From assembly GCA_963800895.1 (NCBI GenBank), contig CAWDDA010000015.1, positions 344,994-408,993 of the forward strand: a DNA stretch of 64,000 bases. Reading direction: 5' to 3'. Within the stretch, counting starts at the first letter, position 1. Every line of letters starts with the position of its first letter. A program made the translations under genes and the position numbers. Below, one piece after another: positions 43,207 to 53,889 of this stretch. The stretch comes from an uncultured Acidobacteriota bacterium. Lineage in GTDB: Bacteria > Acidobacteriota > Blastocatellia > RBC074. The notes beneath the pieces are model-generated. The model was given only the letters and a program-made list of their open reading frames with translations, searched no databases and was not told where the DNA came from.

Positions 43207-44790
43207 TTGCACGATCCTTCACTCAGGAAGATCCGGCGCGCGCTTGTGAGCGTGTCGGACAAGACAGGAATTATCGAATTTGCACGTGCGCTTGCGCGAC
43301 ATAGTATCGAGATTCTCTCAACCGGAGGCACTTCGGGCCTTCTTCGCGAGAGCGGCGTCGCCGTGACCGACGTTTCAGACGAGACGGGGTTCCCTGAGCT
43401 GCTTGATGGGCGCCTCAAAACGCTACATCCAAAGATCCACGGTGGAATTCTTGGAGTTCGTGAAAACGAGAACCATCTCAGGCAGATGACTGAACATGCG
43501 ATCAAGCCGATCGACCTTGTTGTAGTTAACCTCTACCCGTTTGAGCGAACCGTTGCAAAGCCTGGCGTCGAGCGGAGCGAAGCGATTGAGAATATCGATA
43601 TCGGCGGTCCGGCAATGATCCGTTCTGCTGCAAAGAACCATACCGACGTTGGTGTCGTCGTGGATCCTGCGGAATACGAGCGAGTCGCGTCAGAACTCGA
43701 CAAGCGCGATGGCGCACTTTCACTCGAGACGCGTTTCGATCTCGCACGCAAAGCATTTGGTTACACTGCAAGCTACGATCGAGCTATCGCAAAGTACCTT
43801 GGGTCGCAGACTACGGCTGCTGATCTTCCCGAACAATACGAGATCAGCTTGAAAAGGGTCCAGGCGCTGCGATACGGCGAGAATCCGCACCAGCGTGCTG
43901 CGCTCTATCGCATTTCAGATTTGTCCGAATCCGGAGTTGCAGACGCCGAGAAGCTTCAAGGCAAGGAGCTCTCTTACAACAACCTGCTTGACAGTGATGC
44001 AACATGGGACCTTCTATGCGACTTAATGGAGGTTGTTCAAGGGGGTACGACGTGCGTCATCATCAAGCACACAAATCCTTGTGGAGTTGGAGTTGGTGAA
44101 AGCCCGCTCGAGGCATTTACAAAAGCGAAATCGACAGATCCGTTATCAGCCTTCGGCGGGATCATCGGTTTCACTAATGCAGTCGATCGCGACACAGCTC
44201 TTGCCGTTGCAGACATGTTTGCAGAGGTCGTGATTGCTCCAGAGTTCTCAGCCGAAGCTCTCGAAATCTTCACATCAAAGAAAGCACTACGCATTTTGAG
44301 AATGCCTGCGGCTGAACGGCGCGCGAGGTTGGATTTCAGGAGAATCGGCGGGGGCGTTCTGGTTCAGGATCACGACATCGCCCTGTTCGAGCGGAAAGAA
44401 GTTAAGCTGGTGTCAACGAGGGAGCCTGACGATGGAGAACGCGAAGCGCTCGAGTTTGCGTGGGTAATTTGTAAGCACGTCAAATCCAATGCGATCGTGT
44501 ATGCGAGAAAAGGTCAGTTACTAGGCGTCGGTGCCGGTCAAATGTCACGTGTAGATTCAGTAAATCTGGGAGCTATTAAAGCTTCATCAGCTAAACTATC
44601 ACTTGAAGGGAGTGTTCTTGCTTCTGATGCCTTCTTCCCATTTCGCGATGGCATTGACGAGGCCGCGAAATTCGGAGTGAAAGCTGTCATTCAGCCTGGA
44701 GGGTCAGTCAGAGACAAAGAAGTGATTGAAGCGGCGAACGAGCACGGCATCGCCATGCTGTTCACGGGGATTAGGCATTTCAGGCATTAG
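43207..44790 (+). CDS. purH: Bifunctional AICAR transformylase / IMP cyclohydrolase
   Basis: 527-aa ORF with a TTG start. It has [25 protein letters not shown] and the C-terminal VIQPGGS.RD. Confidence 0.92.
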   Translation: MHDPSLRKIRRALVSVSDKTGIIEFARALARHSIEILSTGGTSGLLRESGVAVTDVSDETGFPELLDGRLKTLHPKIHGGILGVRENENHLRQMTEHAIKPIDLVVVNLYPFERTVAKPGVERSEAIENIDIGGPAMIRSAAKNHTDVGVVVDPAEYERVASELDKRDGALSLETRFDLARKAFGYTASYDRAIAKYLGSQTTAADLPEQYEISLKRVQALRYGENPHQRAALYRISDLSESGVADAEKLQGKELSYNNLLDSDATWDLLCDLMEVVQGGTTCVIIKHTNPCGVGVGESPLEAFTKAKSTDPLSAFGGIIGFTNAVDRDTALAVADMFAEVVIAPEFSAEALEIFTSKKALRILRMPAAERRARLDFRRIGGGVLVQDHDIALFERKEVKLVSTREPDDGEREALEFAWVICKHVKSNAIVYARKGQLLGVGAGQMSRVDSVNLGAIKASSAKLSLEGSVLASDAFFPFRDGIDEAAKFGVKAVIQPGGSVRDKEVIEAANEHGIAMLFTGIRHFRH

Positions 44791-44793
44791 GTT

Positions 44794-44917
44794 CCTGGGA
44801 GCGCCGGCCTCCGGCCGGCACCGCGGCGACTTGTCGCCGCTATGGAGCCAAAGAGAAGCGGCGACAAGTCGCCGCCGGGCCGGCCTCAGGCCGGCGCTCC
44901 CAGGCGGCGCTCCCAAG
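44794..44917. repeat. Family G composite palindrome (outer CCTGGGAGCGCCGGCCTCCGGCCGGC, inner GCGGCGACTTGTCGCCGC / GCGGCGACAAGTCGCCGC)
   Basis: Nested inverted repeats between the convergent purH and gpmA. An extra CGGCGCTCCCAAG copy sits at the right end. Confidence 0.8.
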
Positions 44918-44927
44918 CCTTGGCGAG

Positions 44928-45677
44928 TTACTTCTTTGCTTTTCCCTGATTGGCGACGGCCTGCTCGGCGCGGGCGATGGCTTCAGGATCTCCGAGGTAG
45001 TAGTGCTTGATCGGATGCAGTTGGTCGTCGAGTTCGTAAACCAGCGGGATCCCAGTCGGGATATTGAGCCCTACAATCTCCTGCTCTGACACGTTGTCAA
45101 GATACTTCACGAGTGCCCGCAAACTGTTGCCGTGAGCGGCGACGATTACTCGCTTCCCCTGCGTGACTGCAGGTGCAATCGACTGGTGCCAGTAGGGTAG
45201 CATACGTTCGACGGTGTCCTTCAGGCACTCTGTCCGTGGAAGTTCGTCAGGAGCGAGCGAGCGATAGCGAGGATCGTTTCCGGGAAAGCGCTCGTCAGCA
45301 GCCTCCAGCTCAGGAGGTGGGATGTCATAGCTGCGGCGCCAGATCTTCACCTGGTCATCTCCAAATTTCGCCGCTGTTTCCGCTTTATTCAGTCCCTGGA
45401 GCGCCCCATAGTGCCGTTCATTCAGCCGCCAGGAGTTCTCGACCGAAATCCACATCAGGTCCATCTCGTCCATTACAATCCATAGTGTTCGGATTGCTCT
45501 TTTCAGAACGGAAGTAAAGGCGCAATCGAAAGTATAACCTTCGCGCTTCAAGACCTCTCCTGCGCGCTTCGCTTCGACAAGGCCCACCTCGGAAAGATCG
45601 ACGTCAGTCCACCCTGTAAAGCGGTTCTCCCTGTTCCACGTACTTTCGCCGTGTCGTAGTAATACGAGTTTGTACAT
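44928..45677 (-). CDS. gpmA: 2,3-bisphosphoglycerate-dependent phosphoglycerate mutase
   Basis: 249-aa ORF with [28 protein letters not shown]. Confidence 0.92.
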   Translation of the reverse strand: MYKLVLLRHGESTWNRENRFTGWTDVDLSEVGLVEAKRAGEVLKREGYTFDCAFTSVLKRAIRTLWIVMDEMDLMWISVENSWRLNERHYGALQGLNKAETAAKFGDDQVKIWRRSYDIPPPELEAADERFPGNDPRYRSLAPDELPRTECLKDTVERMLPYWHQSIAPAVTQGKRVIVAAHGNSLRALVKYLDNVSEQEIVGLNIPTGIPLVYELDDQLHPIKHYYLGDPEAIARAEQAVANQGKAKK

Positions 45678-45684
45678 CTACTCC

Positions 45685-46551
45685 TCAGGCGCCGTTCGAC
45701 GACGCAACCAGACCTTTTACATACCCTATCGACTCTGCCAGGCCCGGAATCGGATCATCCGCATCCTTCTCATACTCGAAGCTGAAGAGGTATGAGAATT
45801 TGATCTTTAGTGCTGCCTGCACAATGCTCTTCAAGTCCAGCACGCCGCGGCCGGCTTCGACGGTCTGGCCATTAGGCTCAGTACTTGTGATGTCCTTGAT
45901 GTGCATGTCATAGAGTCGCGCCTGGCACTTGATAATTGCCTCCGCCGGGTTCACTTTCGCGCGCGCCGTATGTCCGACATCAATACATAGCCCGATACGC
46001 GCATCATACTTCTCGACGGCTTTCCAGACGTCGTACGGAGAAGGGAAGCGTTTGTCCTCCGGCCCGTGATTGTGAATGGCAAGCTTGATGTCAAATTCTT
46101 TCACCATCTTGTCAAGGATCGGCACGGATTGAGGGTCAGGGCTGCAGACGATGACTTTGAGCCCCGTGTCACGCGCGTATTCGAACGCCTGGCGGATATT
46201 TGCTTCATCATTCTGCATCGAGACGTTTCCACAGCTCATCGGAGTGATACCGGCAGCCTTGAACTTCTCAGCGACAGCACGACGCTCTTCGCTGGTGCTT
46301 TTTAAGGGCAGATGGAAATCCTTGATCGAAACGTACTTCAACCCAACCTTCTGAATTGCCTTGATCGCTTGATCGAGCGGGAGCTTGCGCAGTGTGTATG
46401 AAGCGACTCCGGGCTTGAGACCCCGCCAGCCATGCTCGGAGGAAGGTGCCTGAAGTGACATCCCTGCGGCCCCAAAGCGCACGAGTGGCAGCGCTGAGAC
46501 TGCCAGAGCTGATGATCGGATGAGATCGCGACGAGTGATTTCCTGTGCCAT
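45685..46551 (-). CDS. TAT-signal sugar-phosphate isomerase/epimerase (xylose-isomerase-like TIM barrel)
   Basis: 288-aa ORF with the twin-arginine signal [23 protein letters not shown], plus ..[10 protein letters not shown].. and CIDVGH. Confidence 0.7.
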   Translation of the reverse strand: MAQEITRRDLIRSSALAVSALPLVRFGAAGMSLQAPSSEHGWRGLKPGVASYTLRKLPLDQAIKAIQKVGLKYVSIKDFHLPLKSTSEERRAVAEKFKAAGITPMSCGNVSMQNDEANIRQAFEYARDTGLKVIVCSPDPQSVPILDKMVKEFDIKLAIHNHGPEDKRFPSPYDVWKAVEKYDARIGLCIDVGHTARAKVNPAEAIIKCQARLYDMHIKDITSTEPNGQTVEAGRGVLDLKSIVQAALKIKFSYLFSFEYEKDADDPIPGLAESIGYVKGLVASSNGA

Positions 46552-46572
46552 GGATTTACCTCTCTTTGACAG

Positions 46573-47742
46573 TTAGAACAGTTCTGAGATTGGGTGTACA
46601 CCTTCTGGAACGACAGGCACTCGCGAGCCATCCTCCGCCACGAGTTCAGTACGACGGTCGATTCCAAGTGCATGATAGATCGTTGCAACGACTTCAGCAG
46701 GCCTGACAGGCCTATCTTTCACAAAGGCGCCGCTCGAATCAGATTGCCCGACTACCTGCCCCCCGCGGACTCCACCTCCTGCCATCAGAGCACTCCAGCA
46801 GTGCGGCCAATGATCGCGGCCGCCGGCGGGGTTGAGCCGCGGACTTCGTCCAAATTCCCCTATTGCGACGACGATTGTGCTTTCCAGCAAGCCGCGGTCA
46901 GCAAGGTCAAGAAGGAGCGAGCTGTAAGCCATATCAAACATAGGTCCGGCGACGTCACGGTATGAACCGATCGAACAGTATGGCGCCGAGCCATGACTAT
47001 CCCAACCAGGCTCATTGATGACCGTGTCAAACATGTCGATTGAGACGAACGCGACACCGCGTTCGACGGCCTGGCGCGCGAGTAGACAATTTCGGCCAAA
47101 GGGATTGCGGCCGTAGCGCGCGAGATCGCCGTCGTTCAGGGCGTGTTGAGACAAAAGAGGTGCTGACCGTGCAGCTATGGTGGTCTGACCGGCTCCTCCT
47201 CCTTCGCCAAGACGGCGAGCGTGCCCCGGCAGCTTCACGTGCATCGGCACGCCTGTCGCCGAAGGGACCATGCTTGCAGCTACATCACCGATATGCAGAC
47301 CTGACCCCGTAATTTCGGAGCTGTAACCAGTCTCGAGGAGCGTCAGCCCTGCTTCGTGTCTTGCACTCTCGTCATGATAAAGACTTCGAAGGATCGCAAA
47401 TTTGTCAGCATGCTGCGCCGTTCGCGGAAATATCTCACTGATTTCGATGCCGTTGACATTGGTCCTGATAGGCCGGAACGGACCGCGTATTTCAGAAGGG
47501 GCATCGGGCTTCATATCGAACGTATCGAGATGGCTCGGACCTCCAACCAGCATAAGCAGAATGCAGCTCTTTCGCTGCGGAACATCCCTTTGTCCAATAG
47601 CTACAGCTGGCCAAAGAGCAGGAAGGGCGATTCCCGCTGCCGTGGCGGTGGTGACCCGCAGGAAGTCGCGGCGGGGAAGGACGTCTCCGGCTTTCGCTGG
47701 GCTCTCATTCTGCGGTATAAAAAGTAGTTGGTTTTGTTTCAT
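46573..47742 (-). CDS. DUF1501 (sulfatase-like) protein with TAT signal
   Basis: RRDFLRVTTATAAGIAL, LLMLVGGPSHLDTFDMKP and GEFGRSPRLNPAGGRDHWP. The start is set at ATG 47742. Confidence 0.75.
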   Translation of the reverse strand: MKQNQLLFIPQNESPAKAGDVLPRRDFLRVTTATAAGIALPALWPAVAIGQRDVPQRKSCILLMLVGGPSHLDTFDMKPDAPSEIRGPFRPIRTNVNGIEISEIFPRTAQHADKFAILRSLYHDESARHEAGLTLLETGYSSEITGSGLHIGDVAASMVPSATGVPMHVKLPGHARRLGEGGGAGQTTIAARSAPLLSQHALNDGDLARYGRNPFGRNCLLARQAVERGVAFVSIDMFDTVINEPGWDSHGSAPYCSIGSYRDVAGPMFDMAYSSLLLDLADRGLLESTIVVAIGEFGRSPRLNPAGGRDHWPHCWSALMAGGGVRGGQVVGQSDSSGAFVKDRPVRPAEVVATIYHALGIDRRTELVAEDGSRVPVVPEGVHPISELF

Positions 47743-47818
47743 CCGATCGAATGACAGTTTCAGGTGCGGTATCTCTAACACCGGCATTCTTGGATTGTCA
47801 AGAAAGCATTCGGGAGCA

Positions 47819-49093
47819 ATGATTCAATCACACGTCGAAGCCGCTGAAAAGGTTGCGCTGTCCGATATCCGGGTTACGGTTAACTCGATCATTGCCGGCA
47901 CACCGGTAATCGACATGCATACTCACCTCTTCGCTCCACAATTTGGAGCGCACGGGCTGTGGGGCGTTGATGAACTCGTTACCTACCATTACCTGATCGC
48001 TGAGCTTTTCAGGAGCTCGCGGCTCGATCCCAATGATTTCTTCGAGCTCGACAAGAAGGCTCAGGCAGATCTGATTTGGAAAGAGCTCTTCGTTGACAAT
48101 ACGCCATTGTCTGAAGCGACACGAGGCGTTGTCGCCGTATTCGCCTCGCTGGGCCTTGATCCATCAAGTCCGGATCTGACTGAAGCACGAGAATTCTTTG
48201 CTGCTCAACGGTTCGAGACCCATCTGGACAGGGTGCTTAAACTGGCGAATGTCGATCAGGTAGTCATGACTAACGACCTGCTTGATGATGGCGAGATGCG
48301 GATATGGGATTCGCTTGAACAGGTCGACCCGCGTTTCAGAGCCGCAATACGAATGGATGGCATTCTTAACGATTGGGATTCGACATGGTCGGTTTTGCGT
48401 GGAAAGGGGCTGGATATCGCGAAGGACCTCTCAGGATCGACGTTAAAGGAACTGAGGAGTCAGCTGGACTTGCGGATCGAGAGACTACGGCCACTTTACC
48501 TTGCAGTTTCGCTTCCGGACACATTTTTGTACCCTGACAACACGGTACGAACGCGACTGATCTCCGATCTGGTCTTGCCTGTCTCGCGCGATCACAGAAT
48601 TCCATTTGCATTGATGATCGGCGTGCGGCGCCAGGTGAATCCGCGGCTGAGGCTTGCCGGAGATGGAGTCGGAAGGGCAGATATTAATGCGGTCAACCTC
48701 TTGTGCTCAGAGAACCCGGAAAACCGCTTTCTTGTAAGCGTGCTCTCGCGCGAGAACCAGCACGAGCTTTGTGTCAGTGCGAGAAAGTTCGCCAACCTGA
48801 TGCCGTTCGGTTGCTGGTGGTTTCTTAACAATCCTTCAATCATTGAAGAGGTGACGCGGCAAAGATTTGAGCTGCTGGGTACAACGTTTATTCCGCAGCA
48901 TTCGGATGCGCGCATTCTCGAGCAATTGATCTACAAATGGCAGCATTCGAGAGAGATAATCGCCTCGTCGCTCGCAGAGAGTTATGAGAGGCTTATAGCG
49001 GACGGATTCAGTGTGACTCGAGCACACATCGAGAAGGATGCAAACAAGCTCCTTTCTCAAAACTTTGCCGATTTTGTGGGTATGACAACTTAG
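47819..49093 (+). CDS. Amidohydrolase-fold protein resembling uronate isomerase (divergent UxaC-like)
   Basis: VIDMHTHLF metal motif, then DELVTYHYLIAELFR, ANVDQVVMTNDLLD and RFRAAIRMDGIL, laid out as in UxaC. The start is set at ATG 47819 because the listed ORF start (47402) is antisense to the DUF1501 gene. Confidence 0.5.
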   Translation: MIQSHVEAAEKVALSDIRVTVNSIIAGTPVIDMHTHLFAPQFGAHGLWGVDELVTYHYLIAELFRSSRLDPNDFFELDKKAQADLIWKELFVDNTPLSEATRGVVAVFASLGLDPSSPDLTEAREFFAAQRFETHLDRVLKLANVDQVVMTNDLLDDGEMRIWDSLEQVDPRFRAAIRMDGILNDWDSTWSVLRGKGLDIAKDLSGSTLKELRSQLDLRIERLRPLYLAVSLPDTFLYPDNTVRTRLISDLVLPVSRDHRIPFALMIGVRRQVNPRLRLAGDGVGRADINAVNLLCSENPENRFLVSVLSRENQHELCVSARKFANLMPFGCWWFLNNPSIIEEVTRQRFELLGTTFIPQHSDARILEQLIYKWQHSREIIASSLAESYERLIADGFSVTRAHIEKDANKLLSQNFADFVGMTT

Positions 49094-49097
49094 GAAC

Positions 49098-49185
49098 AGG
49101 CATGTAGTACGGGCTTTAGCCGGAATGGTCCCATTAGAACGATTCGAATGTAATCATTCCGGCTAAAAGCCCGTACTACATGCCT
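49098..49185. repeat. Family Y palindrome (CCGGC variant)
   Basis: AGGCATGTAGTACGGGCTTTAGCCGGAATG...CATTCCGGCTAAAAGCCCGTACTACATGCCT. Confidence 0.8.
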
Positions 49186-49192
49186 TAGTCTC

Positions 49193-52100
49193 ATGAAACA
49201 AGCGAACCTGAAGAGAGTTATTGCGGTCTCGCTATTGATTCTGGCCATATATGGTGCAGGTGTGAGCGCGAGCAGTCGTCAATCGGTCGACTTCAAGCGC
49301 GACATCGAGCCGATCTTCGCGAGTCAATGCTATCAGTGTCATGGACCAAAAATGGCGCTTGGGCAACTTCGTCTCGATTCGAAGAAGCTTGCCATGCAGG
49401 GTGGAATTTCGGGTGGTCCCATCAAGGCCGGACAGAGTGGAACAAGCCTGCTTGTTCAAAGGATCCTTGGGCTCGATGGCCAGCCACGGATGCCCATGGG
49501 AGCCAAACCCCTTTCAGATTCTCAGATCGCGCTCATACGTACCTGGATTGATCAGGGCGCAATCTGGCCAGCCGACGCATCTACTGACGAGCCGGCCATC
49601 AAAAGACATTGGGCTTACATCAAGCCGGTACACCTCCCTGTGCCGTCTGTCACACGCAGCGAATGGGTGAGGAATCCGATCGATGCCTTTGTCTTGAGCC
49701 GTCTGGAGAAGGAAGGTCTTCAGCCATCGCCGGAGGCGTCGCGCGAAAAGCTGCTGAGGCGTGTCTATCTGGATCTGATCGGCTTGCCACCGAGTCCGGC
49801 GGAAATAGATAAGTTTCTGGCGGACAAGTCGCCAATGGCTTATGAGCAGGTAGTTGATCAACTGCTTGCATCAAAGCACTACGGTGAACGCATGGCGCGG
49901 CACTGGCTCGACCTTGCGCGTTACGCCGATTCCAATGGATACGAAAAAGATAATCCGCGCGAGATGTGGAAATACCGTGACTGGGTGATCAACGCATTCA
50001 ATGCTGATATGCCGTTCGACCGTTTCACGCTCGAGCAGATCGCCGGTGACATGCTTCCAAATGCCACAGTCGACCAGCGTATCGCGACCGGATTTCATCG
50101 GAACACCATGCTGAATCAGGAAGGCGGTATCGATCCTGAGGAAGCCCGCTTTGAAACGATTGTCGACCGCGTAAACACGACTGCGACCGTATGGCTCGGC
50201 TCAACCCTTGCTTGCGCTCAATGTCACAATCATAAGTACGATCCATTCTCGCAGAAGGACTACTATCGATTCTATGCGTTCTTTGAGAACGCGGAATATC
50301 AAGTCGGATATCAGACCGAAGGAGAAGAGAGTTCTCGCTATGTGAAAGAGCCGGAGATCCTGCTGGCAAGTCCGGAACAGGAAGCGAGAAAGGCAGAGAT
50401 CGAAAGCGAAATCTCGAAGTTGACCGAGGCCCTGAAACGAAAGAGTCCGAATCTCGAAGCGGCAGAGAATTTGTGGGAGGCGCGTTTAAGAGCAGCATCC
50501 AGGGCGTGGGTGGCGCTTGAACCGATGACAGTCAAATCGGAAGGCGGGACTCTGCTCGCTCGCGAGAGTGATCAGACTATCTTTGCATCCGGCCCCAACC
50601 CGGAGATTGAGACATACACCATCACATCACGCACTGCCGCGTCACGATTGACTGCTCTCCGGGTTGAAGCACTTGCCGATCCGAGGCTGCCTCAGGGCGG
50701 ACCGGGCCGTGATCCTTATGGCAACTTTCTTTTGACTGGTATCGAGGTCGAAGTAGAGCCTGCGAGTCGAAATCGCGGAGGAAAGCGTTCCAGGATCGCG
50801 ACGCCCTCATCAAAGGTCGTCATCAAGGACGGACGCGTCGATGATTCGGCATACACGTTTGATGCACAGCGCTTTCTCGACCAGAAGCCGTTAAATGCTG
50901 CTGTCGACAACCCCAGGGGCTGGTACATCAATGCCACCCGGGATGCTGGCGCCAGACTCGACCGGCAGGCTGTATTTCTGTTCGACAAACCAATTGGTTA
51001 CGCCGGTGGCTCGCTGATAACCGTCAAACTCAAGTTTGCGGGAGGCTCGCTCGGACAGGGCATTGGTCGGTTCCGCGTTTCAGTCAGCAGTGAAGCAGAT
51101 CCTTTGTTTGTTGTTTCGATCTCTGCACGGCTGCGACGTGTCCTCAATGCATCGCCGGAAACGCGGGCCTCAAAGGAGGCGAGTGACCTTACCGCCCAAT
51201 TCCGCAGTACGACACCGTTGCTCAAGGCCGATCGTGACCGCATTGCGGAACTGCGCCAGCAGTTGATTTCGCTTGGAATCGTAAGCGCCAAAGTAATGCG
51301 CGAGAAGGAGTCATCCGAGCGCCCATCGACACATCTGCGCGAGAGAGGCGGTTTTCTCAACAAGGGCGAGAAAGTATTCGCTGGCGTTCCGGCGGCGCTC
51401 CATGCGAAGGCTGACAACCTGCCACAGAACCGGCTCGGTCTCGCGCGCTGGCTCGTCGACGAAGACAACCCTCTCACTGCTCGCGTTGCAGTGAATCGAA
51501 CGTGGGAGCAGGCGTTCGGGCGAGGCCTGGTTGAGACGAGCGAGGACTTCGGGTCTCAGTCGTCACCTCCGTCGCACAGCGATCTGCTCGATTGGCTGGC
51601 GACTGAGTTTGTTGCTCAGAAGTGGAGCATGAAAGCTCTCACGCGATTGATCGTGAACTCGGCGACTTACAGACAGTCATCCAGTGTCACTTCGGCAGCC
51701 TATGACAAAGATCCTTACAATCGGTTGCTCGCTCGCGGCCCTCGCTTCAGGATGGAGGCGGAGATGATTCGTGATGTGTCTCTGGCGGCGGCTGGCACGC
51801 TCAGTCCGAAGATCGGCGGTAAGAGTGTTTACCCGATCCAGCCGGAAGGGATATGGCGAAATCCCTACAGTCGCGTGAAATGGGAGACAAGTCCGGGAGA
51901 AGACCGGCATCGACGAAGCATTTATACTTTCATCAGGAGAACGTCTCCTTATCCGAGCTACATGGCCTTTGATGGCACGAGCCGAGAAACGTGTACAGTA
52001 AGGCGGGTGAGAACGAACACTCCGCTTCAGGCACTCGCCGGCCTCAACGACGAAGCTGCGTTCGAAGCGGCGCGCGAGCTCGCCGCAAGGATCGAGCGCG

Positions 52101-52357
52101 AAGGCGGCGTGGATGCCGATTCGCGAATCAGTTATGGCATGCTTCTCTGCGTTTCACGGAGGCCCAACAGCAGCGAGCTCACGCGCCTTAAGTCATTCTT
52201 CGAGCTCGAGCGATCGCGTTTCGCACGAGATCCCGAATCTGCACGGAAGGCTATCGGGGCGGGCAGTGCAGCGGAGAAAACTGACTCCGAGCGCGCGGCG
52301 TGGATTATGATTGCGAATGTTCTTCTCAATCTTGATGAGACGCTGACAAAAGAGTGA
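49193..52357 (+). CDS. PSCyt (cytochrome-c-like) / DUF1549 / DUF1553 protein
   Basis: 1054-aa ORF with a signal peptide and the heme-binding-type motif CYQCHGPK near the N-terminus. It also has ..[10 protein letters not shown].. and the C-terminal DUF1553-like ..[15 protein letters not shown]... This architecture is typical of Planctomycetes-type PSD proteins. Confidence 0.75.
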   Translation: MKQANLKRVIAVSLLILAIYGAGVSASSRQSVDFKRDIEPIFASQCYQCHGPKMALGQLRLDSKKLAMQGGISGGPIKAGQSGTSLLVQRILGLDGQPRMPMGAKPLSDSQIALIRTWIDQGAIWPADASTDEPAIKRHWAYIKPVHLPVPSVTRSEWVRNPIDAFVLSRLEKEGLQPSPEASREKLLRRVYLDLIGLPPSPAEIDKFLADKSPMAYEQVVDQLLASKHYGERMARHWLDLARYADSNGYEKDNPREMWKYRDWVINAFNADMPFDRFTLEQIAGDMLPNATVDQRIATGFHRNTMLNQEGGIDPEEARFETIVDRVNTTATVWLGSTLACAQCHNHKYDPFSQKDYYRFYAFFENAEYQVGYQTEGEESSRYVKEPEILLASPEQEARKAEIESEISKLTEALKRKSPNLEAAENLWEARLRAASRAWVALEPMTVKSEGGTLLARESDQTIFASGPNPEIETYTITSRTAASRLTALRVEALADPRLPQGGPGRDPYGNFLLTGIEVEVEPASRNRGGKRSRIATPSSKVVIKDGRVDDSAYTFDAQRFLDQKPLNAAVDNPRGWYINATRDAGARLDRQAVFLFDKPIGYAGGSLITVKLKFAGGSLGQGIGRFRVSVSSEADPLFVVSISARLRRVLNASPETRASKEASDLTAQFRSTTPLLKADRDRIAELRQQLISLGIVSAKVMREKESSERPSTHLRERGGFLNKGEKVFAGVPAALHAKADNLPQNRLGLARWLVDEDNPLTARVAVNRTWEQAFGRGLVETSEDFGSQSSPPSHSDLLDWLATEFVAQKWSMKALTRLIVNSATYRQSSSVTSAAYDKDPYNRLLARGPRFRMEAEMIRDVSLAAAGTLSPKIGGKSVYPIQPEGIWRNPYSRVKWETSPGEDRHRRSIYTFIRRTSPYPSYMAFDGTSRETCTVRRVRTNTPLQALAGLNDEAAFEAARELAARIEREGGVDADSRISYGMLLCVSRRPNSSELTRLKSFFELERSRFARDPESARKAIGAGSAAEKTDSERAAWIMIANVLLNLDETLTKE

Positions 52358-52445
52358 GGGCATGTTGTACCGCCTTATAGGCGGAATCCCGACATTTGAA
52401 CGCGCTCGAATGCCACGATTCCGCCTGAAAGGCGGTACAACATGC
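52358..52445. repeat. Family Y palindrome filling the whole PSCyt-DUF1501 gap
   Basis: GGGCATGTTGTACCGCCTTATAGGCGGAATC...GATTCCGCCTGAAAGGCGGTACAACATGC. It starts 1 nt after the TGA and ends 1 nt before the next ATG. Confidence 0.85.
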
Positions 52446-52446
52446 T

Positions 52447-53859
52447 ATGAATACCATGTCTAAAGTGAATCAGGAAATTACGCGAAGGCATTTCTTCCGT
52501 CAGGGCGGTTTCGGGATTGGATCGATGGCGCTTACCTCCCTCTTGAATGAGCAGATCTTCGCTTCGGCCCCCTCGAAGGCAAAGGCAAAGTCAGTCATCT
52601 ATCTCTTTATGGCAGGAGCGCCGTCCCAACTCGATCTCTTTGACAATAAGCCGAAGCTAAGGCAGCACGACGGCCAGGCAATACCTGAAGAGTTCGTAAA
52701 GGGTGAACGTTTTGCATTCATCAAGGGAACACCGAAGCTCCTCGGATCGCCGTTCGAATTCAAGCGTCACGGAAAGTCAGGCCAGGAGTTGTCGCAGTTA
52801 CTTCCTCACCTCGCATCACATGCGGATGACATCGCGATCATTCGGTCGATGAAGACGACGCAGTTCAATCATGCCCCGGCGCAGATCTTTATCAACACCG
52901 GACACCAGGTTCCGGGCAGGCCGAGCTTTGGTTCATGGTCGAGCTATGGTCTTGGCACCGAGACAAAAGACCTTCCGGCTTTTGTGGTCCTTCTCTCGGG
53001 CGAAAACAATCCTGATGGCGGCAAGTCGTGCTGGGGCAGTGGCTTTCTTCCAACGGTTCATCAGGGTGTTGAATTCAGATCAAAAGGCGAGCCGGTCCTC
53101 TTTGTGAACAATCCTCAAGGTGTATCTGACGCGAGCCGACGAGAATCGCTGAATGTCTTGAATGGCTTGAATGAGATGCATTTTGCCGAGGCCGGCGACC
53201 CTGAGATCCGGACGCGCATTTCCGCATACGAGCTTGCTTATCGAATGCAGACGAGTGTTCCCGAGCTGACCGACATTTCAAAGGAGCCGTCGCAAGTCCA
53301 TCAGCTCTACGGCACACAACCGGGAGAAGCGTCATTTGCCAACAACTGTCTGCTTGCCCGCCGGCTTGTCGAACGCGGTGTCCGTTGCGTCCAGCTCTAC
53401 CATTGGGGCTGGGATATGCATGGCAATTCGGTAGGTACAGACATAGTGGCGAAGCTTCCGCGAATGTGCCGGGAAGTTGACAGGCCAATCGGTGCGCTGC
53501 TGGCAGACCTCAAGAACCGTGGCCTTCTGGACTCAACAATCGTAGTCTGGGGAGGCGAATTCGGGCGAACTCCGATGAACGAATCGCGCGGCGGCTCAAA
53601 GCTGCTCGGCCGCGATCATCATCCTCGTGCTTTTTCGATGTGGCTTGCAGGCGGCGGGGTCAAGCCTGGAGTCACGGTCGGCGAGACTGATGAGCTGGGC
53701 TACAATCCAGTGGTCGATGCGATCGACGTCCACGATCTGCATGCGACCGTTCTGCACCTCATGGGTGTCGATCACACGAAACTCACTTATCGCTTTCAGG
53801 GGCGCGAATTCCGGTTGACGGATGTTGCGGGCAATCTGGTTAATAAACTGATTGCCTGA
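52447..53859 (+). CDS. DUF1501 (sulfatase-like) protein with TAT signal
   Basis: 470-aa ORF with [35 protein letters not shown] and [17 protein letters not shown]. Confidence 0.8.
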   Translation: MNTMSKVNQEITRRHFFRQGGFGIGSMALTSLLNEQIFASAPSKAKAKSVIYLFMAGAPSQLDLFDNKPKLRQHDGQAIPEEFVKGERFAFIKGTPKLLGSPFEFKRHGKSGQELSQLLPHLASHADDIAIIRSMKTTQFNHAPAQIFINTGHQVPGRPSFGSWSSYGLGTETKDLPAFVVLLSGENNPDGGKSCWGSGFLPTVHQGVEFRSKGEPVLFVNNPQGVSDASRRESLNVLNGLNEMHFAEAGDPEIRTRISAYELAYRMQTSVPELTDISKEPSQVHQLYGTQPGEASFANNCLLARRLVERGVRCVQLYHWGWDMHGNSVGTDIVAKLPRMCREVDRPIGALLADLKNRGLLDSTIVVWGGEFGRTPMNESRGGSKLLGRDHHPRAFSMWLAGGGVKPGVTVGETDELGYNPVVDAIDVHDLHATVLHLMGVDHTKLTYRFQGREFRLTDVAGNLVNKLIA

Positions 53860-53889
53860 AGGAACTCACGAACAGTAGGAAGGTATTCA

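Noticed and set aside
47402-47818. N-terminal 139 codons of the listed ORF 47402..49093.
   Set aside because: This stretch is antisense to the well-supported DUF1501 gene (46573..47742) and has no recognisable sequence. The conserved amidohydrolase-like sequence starts at ATG 47819.
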